In this document: positions 31,592 through 41,774 of the stretch, piece by piece
Numbering within the stretch: position 1 is the first letter of the stretch
How the letters are laid out: each line of letters starts with the position of its first letter
Source of the DNA: Phycisphaerae bacterium
Lineage (GTDB): Bacteria; Planctomycetota; Phycisphaerae; UBA1845
NCBI GenBank assembly: GCA_963666835.2
Contig: CAXXGO010000006.1
Location: 2,208,001-2,272,000, forward strand
DNA: 64,000 bases
Direction of reading: 5' to 3'
Made by a program: the position numbers and the translations under genes
Notes under the pieces: model-generated
Database searches by the model: none
What the model was told of the DNA's origin: nothing
What the model saw: the letters and a program-made list of their open reading frames with translations, nothing else

Positions 31592-33115
31592 ATGATACGA
31601 GTATCAACATTGCGGAAAGCAACGCTTGCACTGTGTGTGTTTTCTTGCAGCCCACTGTGCGCGTTGGACGTGTGTGTAGCACAAGAGCAAGACGTAGTCT
31701 CTAGTGTTCTTCCCTTGAGTGCGACTCCTGTGCCAACTCCGGGGACTACTATCAGGAAGACGTTTCATTCGACAGTGGAGTGGGAAGGGCAGGAGTACTG
31801 CGCACCTGATGGGGCAACTGTTCTGATGGAGGTGATCACAACGCCCGCAACCGACACAGACACGCGTGCAAAAGCACTTCAGTGTTTGAGCCGGTTGCGA
31901 AGCAGAGAGATTACTTCGCGACTAATAACTTTATACGACGTTCTGGAGAAACGCGAGGAAAGGCTCGGGATTATACGATGCCTGACGCTTTCTGAGGATC
32001 CACGGGCTCTGGCATTGTTTACACGTGTGCTGGAAAGCGAAGACGACAAGGTGCAGCGATTATCTGCCGCCAGCAGTTTGGCACAATGGAACGTACGTAG
32101 GGGGGCTGCGGAGCTGGTGGAGCTTCTCGACTGTAGCGAGGTGCTCCCTGGACCCACACGAAGGCAGTATGTTTGGGACAGCGCCCTTGATTTGTTTCTC
32201 ACGAAGAACGAGCACAAGGGATGGGGGTTTCCGGCAAAGGCGATTAGAGAAAAGATCTCAGCCAGGGCAGCCCTGAATGAGCACGAGAAGTTACAGCTCT
32301 ACATCGCGGAGATCAAGAAGTGGTTCACAGCGAACGAGCAGCGTTTTCCGGAGTGGAAACTCGGTGACCCACTGCCTGCGGCGCCGGAGTTACCACCGAT
32401 TCCCCCTGGGCCGGAAAGCACGTTACCGCTGAGCGCGGATTTCACACCGCGCCCGACAGTCTGGACAGTGGGCGAGACAGGGGAGGAAGAACTTCTCTGG
32501 AAAGGCGAGCGCTATAGGGCGGCGGAGGGAGTCGATCTTCTCATGAATGTCGCCCTGGAACCCGGTAGCGTGAAGGATCGGGCTGTTGCTCTTCGCCGCC
32601 TGGAGAGGTTTGCAGGCCGCCTGAGAAATACAGAACGTATCGCTCAACTGTTGGAGCTGTACGAACGACTGTCGGAGCGGTCGGAGAGAGTTGCTGCTCT
32701 GTTCTGCTTGGCCTATAGCGCAGATCCGCGAGCGCTCCCTCTGTTTGCAGAAACGCTGGCCAAGGATGATGGAGAGGATCTCCGCCTTCCGGCTGCGTAC
32801 GGGCTGGCAGTGTGGAATGTGCGTTACGGGGTCGGTGAGCTTATAGAACTGCTGTCAGTAGCAAAGACGAGGGAAACCGCGATTTTGCTTAGGCAGCTCA
32901 ATCAAGGGAAGTCGTGGTGGATGCCGGAGTCGGACCTTTTTGCCATCGCTCGTGTCCCCAACAGAGCGGAGAATGATGCGTTTGATGCGAGCTATGCGGA
33001 ATTGAAGAAGTGGTTCGCGGAGAACGAGCACCGCTTCCCGGAGTGGAAACTCGGCGACCCATTGCCGAAGGTGACGGAGAAAGAACCGGAGACGCAAGGA
33101 TCGGCGACCGAGTGA
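31592..33115 (+). CDS. Exported HEAT-like repeat protein, internally duplicated; candidate immunity protein 1
   Basis: RBS GGAG; signal-like N-terminus; two halves each with DPRAL.LF...LA.WNVR...KKWF..NE.RFPEWKLGDPLP. Confidence 0.75.
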   Translation: MIRVSTLRKATLALCVFSCSPLCALDVCVAQEQDVVSSVLPLSATPVPTPGTTIRKTFHSTVEWEGQEYCAPDGATVLMEVITTPATDTDTRAKALQCLSRLRSREITSRLITLYDVLEKREERLGIIRCLTLSEDPRALALFTRVLESEDDKVQRLSAASSLAQWNVRRGAAELVELLDCSEVLPGPTRRQYVWDSALDLFLTKNEHKGWGFPAKAIREKISARAALNEHEKLQLYIAEIKKWFTANEQRFPEWKLGDPLPAAPELPPIPPGPESTLPLSADFTPRPTVWTVGETGEEELLWKGERYRAAEGVDLLMNVALEPGSVKDRAVALRRLERFAGRLRNTERIAQLLELYERLSERSERVAALFCLAYSADPRALPLFAETLAKDDGEDLRLPAAYGLAVWNVRYGVGELIELLSVAKTRETAILLRQLNQGKSWWMPESDLFAIARVPNRAENDAFDASYAELKKWFAENEHRFPEWKLGDPLPKVTEKEPETQGSATE

Positions 33116-33267
33116 ATCGATACCCGGCCACGCGGTGCCGGCGACTGGCCCGCCAGTATAGAGGCTCGAGGGATCTGGCGTGGCGTGACCGATTGTAGAC
33201 GTTGACTTATTGCTACCCCGCGGCACCGGGCGGGTGATTCCGTTCGGCGCCGCGGGTGGTTTGCGCG

Positions 33268-34455
33268 ATGCCCGGTGACAGTTCGCGGGCAGTGGCGGAT
33301 GTCTTTTGGCTTCCGTTGTGCCCGGGCCGGGAGTGTTGTGAAGGCGAGACCACGTGCTGCGCGGTGGGCGACGTTTGCTGCGGCGACGAATGTTGTGATG
33401 AGGATCGTTGTTGCGGAAACGGGGAGTGTTGCGCGGAGGAGTGTGAGGAGTGCCTGGACAACGGGACGCTGTCGGGCGGAACGGTCACTGTGGTGCCGCA
33501 GGTAGTGTGCATCGGGCAGACGATCACCTTTACCGTCGACGGCGTGGTCGATAGCGGCGGTCTGAAGCGGGTTGATTGCTCCAGCACCATCGACCTTCCG
33601 GCCGTGGAGCCGAGCTACACGTGGGTGATCACGAAGCCGGACTCGACCACGGAAAGCGGCTCGGGTGCGTCGGCCAACGTCACAGCCGACCAGGCCGGAG
33701 TCTATTCGTGCATCTTCACGGCCACCGCCAACCGCGACTGCCCGCCGGCGGATCGAGACATCGGCCCGGCGACCGGCACGGCGGATGGCGCGTATCTGGA
33801 CTTGACAATGCCAAACCCTGGAGCGGTTTTGACGCTGGGGAACGATCTCCTGGTTGAGTATGAGGTCGGGCCGTCCAACGGCAGTGGATTCGATTCTGTC
33901 GAACTGGAGATCAGCAACGCCTTCGGTAACCAAGTGTTCGTGTTGGACGGTCTACCATCCACGCCCGGGAATCACTCGGTGGTCTGGGCCGACGGACGTT
34001 GGAACGTGACCTACCCGGGAACGTTCGCAAACCCGAACAACGGGCCTTACGAAATCAAGCTCATCGGGCAGCAGAGCATCTGTCCCGACGACGAGGCGTC
34101 AACATCGGTATTTACGGAACTCGTAATCGAGGCGGACGTCAAAGATGACATGCCCGGTGGCGCGACGGCAACTCGCAGCGCCGGCTTGGATGACATGCTC
34201 GATGCGCTCGAGATCGTGATGAAGCTGGGGACGGTTGAGACGATAATCTCCGGCCCCGCGGGGATTACCGTAACAGGGCCAGACTCGGCCGACAAGCATG
34301 TTAGGGCTGATGCCCCCGTCCTCAATACGCTTCAGGACGGAGCCTACGACGTGTTGTTCCGCAATCTCCGCGACGAGATCGGCAACTTCGCCGACAGCGA
34401 CGGAAACGCGAGCAATGGAATACAGCCAATAACCTTCACATTGGAGCTACGCTGA
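33268..34455 (+). CDS. Orphan cassette 2: anchor plus FlgD/Ig-like C-terminal domains (5'-truncated)
   Basis: Anchor at 33325-33771; no signal peptide or clear RBS; C-terminus LQDGAYDVLFRNLRDEIGN...ITFTLELR. Confidence 0.72.
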   Translation: MPGDSSRAVADVFWLPLCPGRECCEGETTCCAVGDVCCGDECCDEDRCCGNGECCAEECEECLDNGTLSGGTVTVVPQVVCIGQTITFTVDGVVDSGGLKRVDCSSTIDLPAVEPSYTWVITKPDSTTESGSGASANVTADQAGVYSCIFTATANRDCPPADRDIGPATGTADGAYLDLTMPNPGAVLTLGNDLLVEYEVGPSNGSGFDSVELEISNAFGNQVFVLDGLPSTPGNHSVVWADGRWNVTYPGTFANPNNGPYEIKLIGQQSICPDDEASTSVFTELVIEADVKDDMPGGATATRSAGLDDMLDALEIVMKLGTVETIISGPAGITVTGPDSADKHVRADAPVLNTLQDGAYDVLFRNLRDEIGNFADSDGNASNGIQPITFTLELR

Positions 34456-36104
34456 TGACGGTGATCAAGAAACGCGCGATCAACATCCGTTCGTCGCGGA
34501 TAATGCGTCGAACACCCCTGGTCCTCTCCATCGCGGCATGCCTCTCTGCCGCGACATGCGACAGGAATGGGCCAAAGACTGAAGCACGGCCCGGGTCCGA
34601 AACCAAGGCGCCGGCCGCACATCCCGAACACCAGGCGTTTCACCACGAGATGACCGAAGCCTATGAGCGTGCAGAGTATACGCGGGCACGAGAGCTTGCT
34701 CGCGAGCATCTGACGCGAGACCGTGAGAGGTGGCTTACCGCCAAGTCGGACAGCGATCGCAATGGGGTGTGGGTGCGGATTCTGGCCGTTCTGAGGTCGA
34801 TGCTGGATTCGGAGCGGTCACTCCCACCGGAAGAGAGGTTCGGGGCTGATCCGGTCCTCACCGGGTTAGTACATGATCTGGTCCTTCAACTCCGAGAGCC
34901 CTCTCGGGCGATCATCGCTCGCGAACCCGAGCGAATGAGAATCATGAAGACGATGTACCATGCGGTAGTACGGGATTGGTTGTTGGTTCGCGCGGAGTGT
35001 GTACCGCGCGTCCAATGGGAAGACTTGTATGCTACATTCCAATCGGAACTGCGTGAGCAGGGATTCGACTCCGCCGACGCGATACTGGCGTGCTCTAACT
35101 CGAGCAGTCCAAAGAACCGTTCGGCGTTGGCCAAGCGTCAAGTCGAAACCGCACGCGGCCCCGTGCCTTCCGCTCCTCAGCATACTGCAGGGTCCGCCGC
35201 CGAAGACGCTCATTCTAGGCGCAGAGTGTTCTGCTACGATGTTAACGATGCCTATGCGCGTGGCGACTATGCGTTAGCTCGCACGTTGGCGCGCCGCCAC
35301 TTGGACCGAAACCGGCAGACTCTGAAGACTGCGAAGTCCGATACGCACCGGGAAGGGGCTTGGCGGAGGATACTCACAGTCACCAGTGCGGTCCTTCACC
35401 ACGAAGAGAAGGCTCCGCGTGCGGAATCGATGGTCAACGACCCTGAGTTTGCCGCAGCGTTGGAGGCGTCACTTCTTGAGATCCGCACGCCTGCGCGCGC
35501 GTTCATTGCCCGGAATCCGGCCCGAACCAAGTTCCTTCACGTGTCCCTTTGTGAAGCTGCGAGAATGTTGCTTGTCCTTCGTGCCGATATGCTGTCACGC
35601 AGTGAATCGGAGGAGCTGTTCTCCACGTTTGGACCGGAGTTGCTTGTGCAGGGTTTCGACCGGCTCGATGCCGTTCTCGCGGCAGAACCACCGGCACCCG
35701 CGCCGGGAGAGAAGATTCGAACCGTCAGCCAACCCGAAGCGGATCGAATTGTCGAGTCGATTCGGCAGTTCTACCGGGGAATGGCCACCAAGAACACCAG
35801 GCTGCTTGGATTGGCAACCGGTCTGCCGCCCGGCGAGTGCGAGGTGTTCCTTGAAGCCTTACGTGCTGAGTTACAGGAGGACGGCTACGTCGACCTCAAG
35901 AGCTTCTCGATCCCCGCGTTACGGAGCGCGGACGTTCTCCTGCGAGAGGCTCCGCGGCAGCCTGACACCTATTCGCTCACAATAGAGGACGTGACCTTCA
36001 CGATGGAGCTTCCGGATGGGCGGCATGTCACGCGGGTTACGAAGAAACTGTTCATGATACGGCTCAACCGTGGCGGGGAATGGACAATCTTGCCACCGAA
36101 GTAG
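34455..36104 (+). CDS. Putative lipoprotein with a duplicated helical domain; candidate immunity or partner protein
   Basis: TGATG coupling to cassette 2; LSIAACLSAATC lipobox-like; two copies of AY.R..Y..AR.LAR.HL.R.R....TAKSD..R.G.W.RIL. Confidence 0.72.
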   Translation: MTVIKKRAINIRSSRIMRRTPLVLSIAACLSAATCDRNGPKTEARPGSETKAPAAHPEHQAFHHEMTEAYERAEYTRARELAREHLTRDRERWLTAKSDSDRNGVWVRILAVLRSMLDSERSLPPEERFGADPVLTGLVHDLVLQLREPSRAIIAREPERMRIMKTMYHAVVRDWLLVRAECVPRVQWEDLYATFQSELREQGFDSADAILACSNSSSPKNRSALAKRQVETARGPVPSAPQHTAGSAAEDAHSRRRVFCYDVNDAYARGDYALARTLARRHLDRNRQTLKTAKSDTHREGAWRRILTVTSAVLHHEEKAPRAESMVNDPEFAAALEASLLEIRTPARAFIARNPARTKFLHVSLCEAARMLLVLRADMLSRSESEELFSTFGPELLVQGFDRLDAVLAAEPPAPAPGEKIRTVSQPEADRIVESIRQFYRGMATKNTRLLGLATGLPPGECEVFLEALRAELQEDGYVDLKSFSIPALRSADVLLREAPRQPDTYSLTIEDVTFTMELPDGRHVTRVTKKLFMIRLNRGGEWTILPPK

Positions 36105-36118
36105 AGAGGAGCGTACTA

Positions 36119-37738
36119 ATGACCGCAACAGAACAGCGATGTACGACGCGCGGCAGACGGTGTGGTTGGCTGGGCCTTCCGATAGCACTGTGCCTTTCGG
36201 TTCAGGTCTATGGGGCCACCTATACCGTTACGGGGATTCTCCACACAACCGACGGCCCGAATCCGGAAGTTAACGATGTTCCGGCAAGGTACATCAGGGT
36301 CATCGTCATGGATAAGGACGTTATCTTCGATGACGAGAAGGGAAGAGGGTACACCGGGCTGATCGGCCAGTTCTCGATTACGTTTACCGCTTCGGAGGCA
36401 CCTGATGTCTACATCAACGTCGAGCATGTCGGAATCGGCGTGGGCGGACACCTGGTTGAAGTGCGAACGGACATTGCCGACCCGGCGCCGATTCTCCTGG
36501 AGAACATCGAGGGGATTGTTCATTGGGATATTCCAGCAGGTACGTTGGGGTTAGGTACGTTACGCCTGAGCAATACACATCCCAACATCATAAACCAGAT
36601 GGGTGATGCTGTGCGGTTCCTTGAATCGCACGGGGGGTGGACCATGCCAGAAGATGTCGATGTACAGGCCCCGACGAACTCCGGAGGAAGTGCAGTGGCT
36701 GGTGATGCTTCATACGTGGAGATCTCCGCAGATGACTACGATCATCCGGGCTTTGGTGACGGAGCGTTGTCCAACATACATCATGAGGTGTTTCATTGGG
36801 CGGCATATCGGGCCTACGGCAATAGATGGCCGGCTCCTCCTTGTGACCCACCTGAGCACTATTCCGACACCGAGTCCTGCGAGGCATTTGCGATAATGGA
36901 GGGATCGGCCGAGTACTTTCAGACGATCTCGGCGGAGCCGGATAACATGAACATCCCACCCGGTCCCGAAGTATGGCGGGGTGAGGATGGGACCGGGCAT
37001 GATCACTCGGGCGAGATAGTCGAAGGTGCTTGCGCCTCAGTCATGTTGTCAGTAGCCGACGAACCTGGCGTCCTGGCTGTCCTCCTGAGCGATGCCCCCG
37101 ACTCCATCAGAGAGTTCAAGGACGGATACGTCGCTGACAAAGGGATGACTTCCGTAGCAGTCCGCGACTTCCTAGACCACTGCGCCGCCAACGGTATCGT
37201 ATATACACGAGGTAGGATCGGTGGTTTCGCTCCGGGCGACCCGCCGGACGTGGGTCCGCCTTCTGCGGGGAATCACAAGACGATTGACAACATTGTGTTT
37301 GTCCGCGGTGAGATTGAGCCCTCCATAGTCCAGTTGCCTGCGGGGGACCTTCGCCTTGCGGTCGGTTCCGCGACGATTGCCGCGGACCGGAAGGAGCTGG
37401 GTATCAAGCCGGCACTGCCGGGCCTTGCCGAGGCCAACGCTGGCGGATTCTCTTTCCTCGGTTCGGTGGGCTTTTCGTCACCCTTGATCTGGGACACAAC
37501 AGGTCACGCCGACGGCGACTACGACATCATCGCCCGCGCGCGGAACATCCACGGTTGGGTCGACACCTTTGACCCTGATTTCACCGGTGATTCTCATACT
37601 GCAACGGACTCGACCGAGAAGTGGCTTAAGACGTTGCAGACTTGGTACAACCAGGATGCTGTGCCTGATAACGACGATGAAGGGAAGGTGATTGTCGACA
37701 ACACAGCGCCGACCGTAACGGGGTTTCAACCGCTCTAG
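36119..37738 (+). CDS. Secreted HExxH zinc-metallopeptidase-like protein
   Basis: RBS GAGGAG; signal LCLSVQVYG|A; HEVFH at 36782-36796 with downstream AIMEGSAEYF (gluzincin-like); ends VDNTAPTVTGFQPL. Confidence 0.78.
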   Translation: MTATEQRCTTRGRRCGWLGLPIALCLSVQVYGATYTVTGILHTTDGPNPEVNDVPARYIRVIVMDKDVIFDDEKGRGYTGLIGQFSITFTASEAPDVYINVEHVGIGVGGHLVEVRTDIADPAPILLENIEGIVHWDIPAGTLGLGTLRLSNTHPNIINQMGDAVRFLESHGGWTMPEDVDVQAPTNSGGSAVAGDASYVEISADDYDHPGFGDGALSNIHHEVFHWAAYRAYGNRWPAPPCDPPEHYSDTESCEAFAIMEGSAEYFQTISAEPDNMNIPPGPEVWRGEDGTGHDHSGEIVEGACASVMLSVADEPGVLAVLLSDAPDSIREFKDGYVADKGMTSVAVRDFLDHCAANGIVYTRGRIGGFAPGDPPDVGPPSAGNHKTIDNIVFVRGEIEPSIVQLPAGDLRLAVGSATIAADRKELGIKPALPGLAEANAGGFSFLGSVGFSSPLIWDTTGHADGDYDIIARARNIHGWVDTFDPDFTGDSHTATDSTEKWLKTLQTWYNQDAVPDNDDEGKVIVDNTAPTVTGFQPL

Positions 37739-37940
37739 AAGGCTGGAATCGGGCTGGGAAGGAGTAAGAAGGGCTGAGAATCCCTGTTAGTGCGGTTTGG
37801 GGGTAGGATAGCCACGCCGCCGCTGACGGTTCGGATGCAAGAGGACGCAGAACGCGTACTGGTCACTATAGCCGCTAATCTAATGCCGCTCCTCGGCACC
37901 GGGCGGGTCACTCCGTTCGGTGCCGCGGGTGGTTTGCGCG

Positions 37941-40559
37941 ATGCCCGGTGACAGTTCGCGGGCAGTGGCGGATGTCTTCTGGCTTCCGTTGTGCCCGGGC
38001 CGGGAGTGCTGTGAAGGCGAAACCGTGTGCTGCGCGGTGGGCGACGTTTGTTGCGGCGACGAATGTTGTGATCCGGAACGTTGTTGCGGGAACGGGGAGT
38101 GTTGCGCGGAGGAGTGTGAGGAGTGCCTGGACAACGGGTCGCTGTCGGGCGGAGCGGTAAGTGTGGTGCCGCAGGTCGTGTGCATTGGGCAGACGATCAC
38201 CTTTACCGTCGACGGCGTGGTCGATAGCGGCGGTCTGAAGCGGGTTGATTGCTCCAGCACCATCGACCTTCCGGCCGTGGAGCCGAGCTACACGTGGGTC
38301 ATCACGAAGCCGGACTCGACCACGGACAGCGGCTCGGGTGCGTCGGCCAACGTCACAACCGACCAGGCCGGAGTCTACTCATGCACCTTCACGGCCACCG
38401 CCAACCGCGACTGCCCCCCGGCGGATCTCGAACTCGCCCCGGCGATCGGCACGGCGATTGAACTCCTATTGGACGCTCCGCCGGTTTCCTATTTGCCGGA
38501 GAACGGGAACACGGTGCAGTTGACGGCGACGATCGACGGAGGCACGGCCACGGACCGGATTCGGTTCGAGCTTCTTCAGGTCAGCGATTTCCCCGGCGAT
38601 GCCATGAATCACGGGACGCAATCCGGTGCGGATCCGGACTTCAAGTTCGAATCTGCCGGGAACCCGGGCTTCACCATCTCGTCTAATCAGTTGACGGCCA
38701 CGACGAACGCGGCTGTGGCCGGCGCCACGGTGACGATCAGCGCTTATGACTATGGGGCGAGGGCGAAGATCAAGGCTACGTTGGTGAATCTGGGCTGTGA
38801 GTCGGATGAGCGTGATATACCCCAAGATACGGACGGCGATTGGCTGCCCGATGCGTATGAGAACCTCCAGGCGGACAAGGACTCCGCTAGTGCCGATACG
38901 GACGGCGACGGTGTCCCGGACGGGGAGGAGGACGATGATCCTGAGCGCCCGGTATTGGCCAACGCAGGGCCGGATTCGTATCCCGGTGCCCGGACCGACC
39001 AGGGGCTGACCGGCGATGGCCTCGTCGCGTTCGAGGAGTATCGCGGGTTCTTCATCATGGGAACGCATACCCGGACAACGACGGAGACGAAGGATGTTTT
39101 TGTGGGGGTGGATGCTGCTCCGCCGAACGACATCTCCGTTCACCTCGGCTTTCTAACGAACCTGACCGGATTCGATATCCACGAGATCCAAGTTGCCACG
39201 CCACCTGCGGAATGGGCTGGAGCAGGGACTCGTTTCGTAAACTCGCAACGCGCTGGCATTCCGGGCGCAACGGATCAGCGTGCCCTTCGGGTAGTCCGGA
39301 ACGATACGCTTCAGGATGCTGCTGGGAATCCGTCTTTCGGCATAACCAATGAAATCCCCGGACAGTTGACGGTACAGTCGCCCAACGAAACGGATTATAT
39401 CGAGGTCAATGTGCAGTACCACTACTCCGGCCTGTATGGAACATTGCCGGGTACGGACGGAGTCTACGGCACGCCCGATGACACCACGCGGGCGCTGACA
39501 GCAGCCGAAGCCAATGACGCCCTCCGAGAGACCGTTGGGCATGAATGCGGACACGGCGTCCATATTGAACACAACTGGATTGTCGGAGATGAGCATCAGT
39601 TCGCCGAAGGACACGGCGAACCGGATTCGAACAACATCACAACCGGGCCGGACGGAGTCTGCGACACCGCGGCCGTCGGGAACGACGTACAGTTGATCCC
39701 GGTTGGGCAGGGGACGCCGGGTTCGGTCATTATCACAGACGGCGGTGACGGCCTCGATGCCGGAACACTCCTGTTCTTCGATGACATTATTGTCGGAGAT
39801 AATGTCGTTTCGGGGCCGGATGGTATTGCTCAATCCACGGCAGGTGCCAACGATGTGCAAGCGATTCCGGTCGGGCAAGGCTCCCCAAACACCGTCATCA
39901 TCACGGACGGAGGTGATGGTATCGACTCAGGAACGCTGGTTCAGGGGGACGACGTAATCAATGGAAACACCGTTACTTCGGGCCCGGACGGCGTTGCGCA
40001 GTCCACTGCGAGTGGCAACGACGTGCAGGTGATCCTGGTAGGACATGGATCGCCAGGCTCGATCATCGTTACGGGCGGCAGCGACGGGGTCAACTTGGGG
40101 ACGAACGTTCTGGGAGATGATCTCGTCGCAGGAAACACTGTCATTTCTGGCCCTGATGGCATCGCTCAGTCGACGGCCGGCGGCAACGATGTGCAAGCGA
40201 TTCCGGTTGGGCAGGGTCTGCCGAATCAACCAGCGGTGTCAACGGGAGCGGATGGGATCTCCGATTCGGTTGGGGCCGGCGATGACGTTCAACGGATTCC
40301 TTTGGGAAACGGCGAGCCCTACGCGATCGGGATCACGGCCGGCCCGGACGGCGTTTTGCAGGCAACCCCGTGGGGTGACGATACGGTCATTGCCCTGCCG
40401 GCGATAACCACGGGACCGGATGGCATTCTCGATACATACTCGGATGCCCCGGCGTACGGGGTTCCGAGCATCATGACGTCCGACCTGTTATTGCCGATTC
40501 CCAATACGTACAAGAGTGATGAACTTGACCAGGTACGTTTTCATTTGAAGCATCCATAG
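37941..40559 (+). CDS. Orphan cassette 3: anchor plus Ig, DxDGD loops and metzincin-like domain with GPDG repeats (5'-truncated)
   Basis: Anchor at 37998-38444; DTDGDWLPD, GDGLVAFEEYRGF; HECGHGVHIEH at 39540-39572; 56-aa repeats; SIM near the C-terminus. Confidence 0.75.
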   Translation: MPGDSSRAVADVFWLPLCPGRECCEGETVCCAVGDVCCGDECCDPERCCGNGECCAEECEECLDNGSLSGGAVSVVPQVVCIGQTITFTVDGVVDSGGLKRVDCSSTIDLPAVEPSYTWVITKPDSTTDSGSGASANVTTDQAGVYSCTFTATANRDCPPADLELAPAIGTAIELLLDAPPVSYLPENGNTVQLTATIDGGTATDRIRFELLQVSDFPGDAMNHGTQSGADPDFKFESAGNPGFTISSNQLTATTNAAVAGATVTISAYDYGARAKIKATLVNLGCESDERDIPQDTDGDWLPDAYENLQADKDSASADTDGDGVPDGEEDDDPERPVLANAGPDSYPGARTDQGLTGDGLVAFEEYRGFFIMGTHTRTTTETKDVFVGVDAAPPNDISVHLGFLTNLTGFDIHEIQVATPPAEWAGAGTRFVNSQRAGIPGATDQRALRVVRNDTLQDAAGNPSFGITNEIPGQLTVQSPNETDYIEVNVQYHYSGLYGTLPGTDGVYGTPDDTTRALTAAEANDALRETVGHECGHGVHIEHNWIVGDEHQFAEGHGEPDSNNITTGPDGVCDTAAVGNDVQLIPVGQGTPGSVIITDGGDGLDAGTLLFFDDIIVGDNVVSGPDGIAQSTAGANDVQAIPVGQGSPNTVIITDGGDGIDSGTLVQGDDVINGNTVTSGPDGVAQSTASGNDVQVILVGHGSPGSIIVTGGSDGVNLGTNVLGDDLVAGNTVISGPDGIAQSTAGGNDVQAIPVGQGLPNQPAVSTGADGISDSVGAGDDVQRIPLGNGEPYAIGITAGPDGVLQATPWGDDTVIALPAITTGPDGILDTYSDAPAYGVPSIMTSDLLLPIPNTYKSDELDQVRFHLKHP

Positions 40560-40577
40560 AAGTTAGGAGTCACTAGC

Positions 40578-41684
40578 ATGTTAACCAGCACATTGAAGAA
40601 TAGACGCCCAATCGGGCTCTTGCTGCTGCTGATTTCGCCGACTGGTGCCGCGCATTTGCTGCTGGCGGACACTGCTGTTAACGACGACGTGTCGGTTGCG
40701 TTGCATGCGTCAGTCGCCAATCTGGTGAGAGAGGCCGACCCCCAAAACCCGGACGGCGGAGACTATTATGAAGTGGACGCAGAATCGCTACGGATGATGC
40801 CCATCATCCTTCAAGTGAATCTCTACGCCCATCCGCGAGATACGACAGTGCCTTTGGCCAGTCGAACAGTGCATTGGACCGATGAGATCGAGATGTCTGT
40901 CGAGCGAGATGGACGGGACGTTGAAGGGTTCAGCCTGCGCCTGATCCCGGGATCGGAATTGGCCATATCGGCGGACCAAGCGCGTGTAGGTGATTGGAGA
41001 GATGCTCGCAGAAATCCGACCGCGTTGGCATCCAATGAGTCGCTTGCGTCGTTCTTCGAGTTATCGAGACCGAGACGTGAACCACTTCAGGGAGGAAGGT
41101 ATACGATCTTGCTGGGGCTTACTGACCGCGCCGAGGCGCTCCTTGGTGTGCGAGCTCTCACCTCGCGTGCCGTGGTCTTCGCCGTGAAGTCTCCTCGCCC
41201 GGAAGGGGACGATCTGTTCACCGAGGATCTCATCGAACGGCACTACTTGTGGGGTTGCTGGCTCTACAAGTTCGACAGGGTCGCCAGCAAGAAGGAGTTC
41301 GAGAAGGGCTGGGAGTTGGTTTCCGAGTACATCCGCGCCGGTGCCGGCGACGAACCTGAGCTGTGGAACATCACTCCGCGCTACCAGGCGTCGAGGATTG
41401 CCGGCTGGCTCGACGACAAGGAGCGACAAATCTCGTACCTGAGTCAACTGCTATCCAAAGACGCAACGGCCGCGAGCGAGGGAAGGGACTGTAAGATGCG
41501 TTTCTACCACTTTCATCGCGAGCGCGGCCATTTGCCAAGGAACGTGCGAGACGACCTCACGCGCGGTGTGAACCGGCTGTACGAACGAGTATATGGAAAG
41601 ACGATGAGCGGAAAGACCGTTACACCGCAGGTGCCGCCCGAGAAGAACTTCCCCGATGCATCCGGCGAGCCGGCAGACGAATAG
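40578..41684 (+). CDS. Exported hypothetical protein; candidate immunity protein 3
   Basis: RBS AGGAG; starts 18 bp after cassette 3; signal-like N-terminus. Confidence 0.72.
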   Translation: MLTSTLKNRRPIGLLLLLISPTGAAHLLLADTAVNDDVSVALHASVANLVREADPQNPDGGDYYEVDAESLRMMPIILQVNLYAHPRDTTVPLASRTVHWTDEIEMSVERDGRDVEGFSLRLIPGSELAISADQARVGDWRDARRNPTALASNESLASFFELSRPRREPLQGGRYTILLGLTDRAEALLGVRALTSRAVVFAVKSPRPEGDDLFTEDLIERHYLWGCWLYKFDRVASKKEFEKGWELVSEYIRAGAGDEPELWNITPRYQASRIAGWLDDKERQISYLSQLLSKDATAASEGRDCKMRFYHFHRERGHLPRNVRDDLTRGVNRLYERVYGKTMSGKTVTPQVPPEKNFPDASGEPADE

Positions 41685-41774
41685 CCCCAGCATCAGGGAC
41701 CGTAGTCTATGAGTGAGTGCCACCTTGCGGCACCGGGCGGGTTGCTCCGTTCGGTGCCGCGGGTGGTTTGCGCG

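Noticed and set aside
33217..33324. Integron attC sites before the cassettes
   Set aside because: No RYYYAAC...GTTRRRY ends and no integron integrase; the cassettes begin mid-gene.
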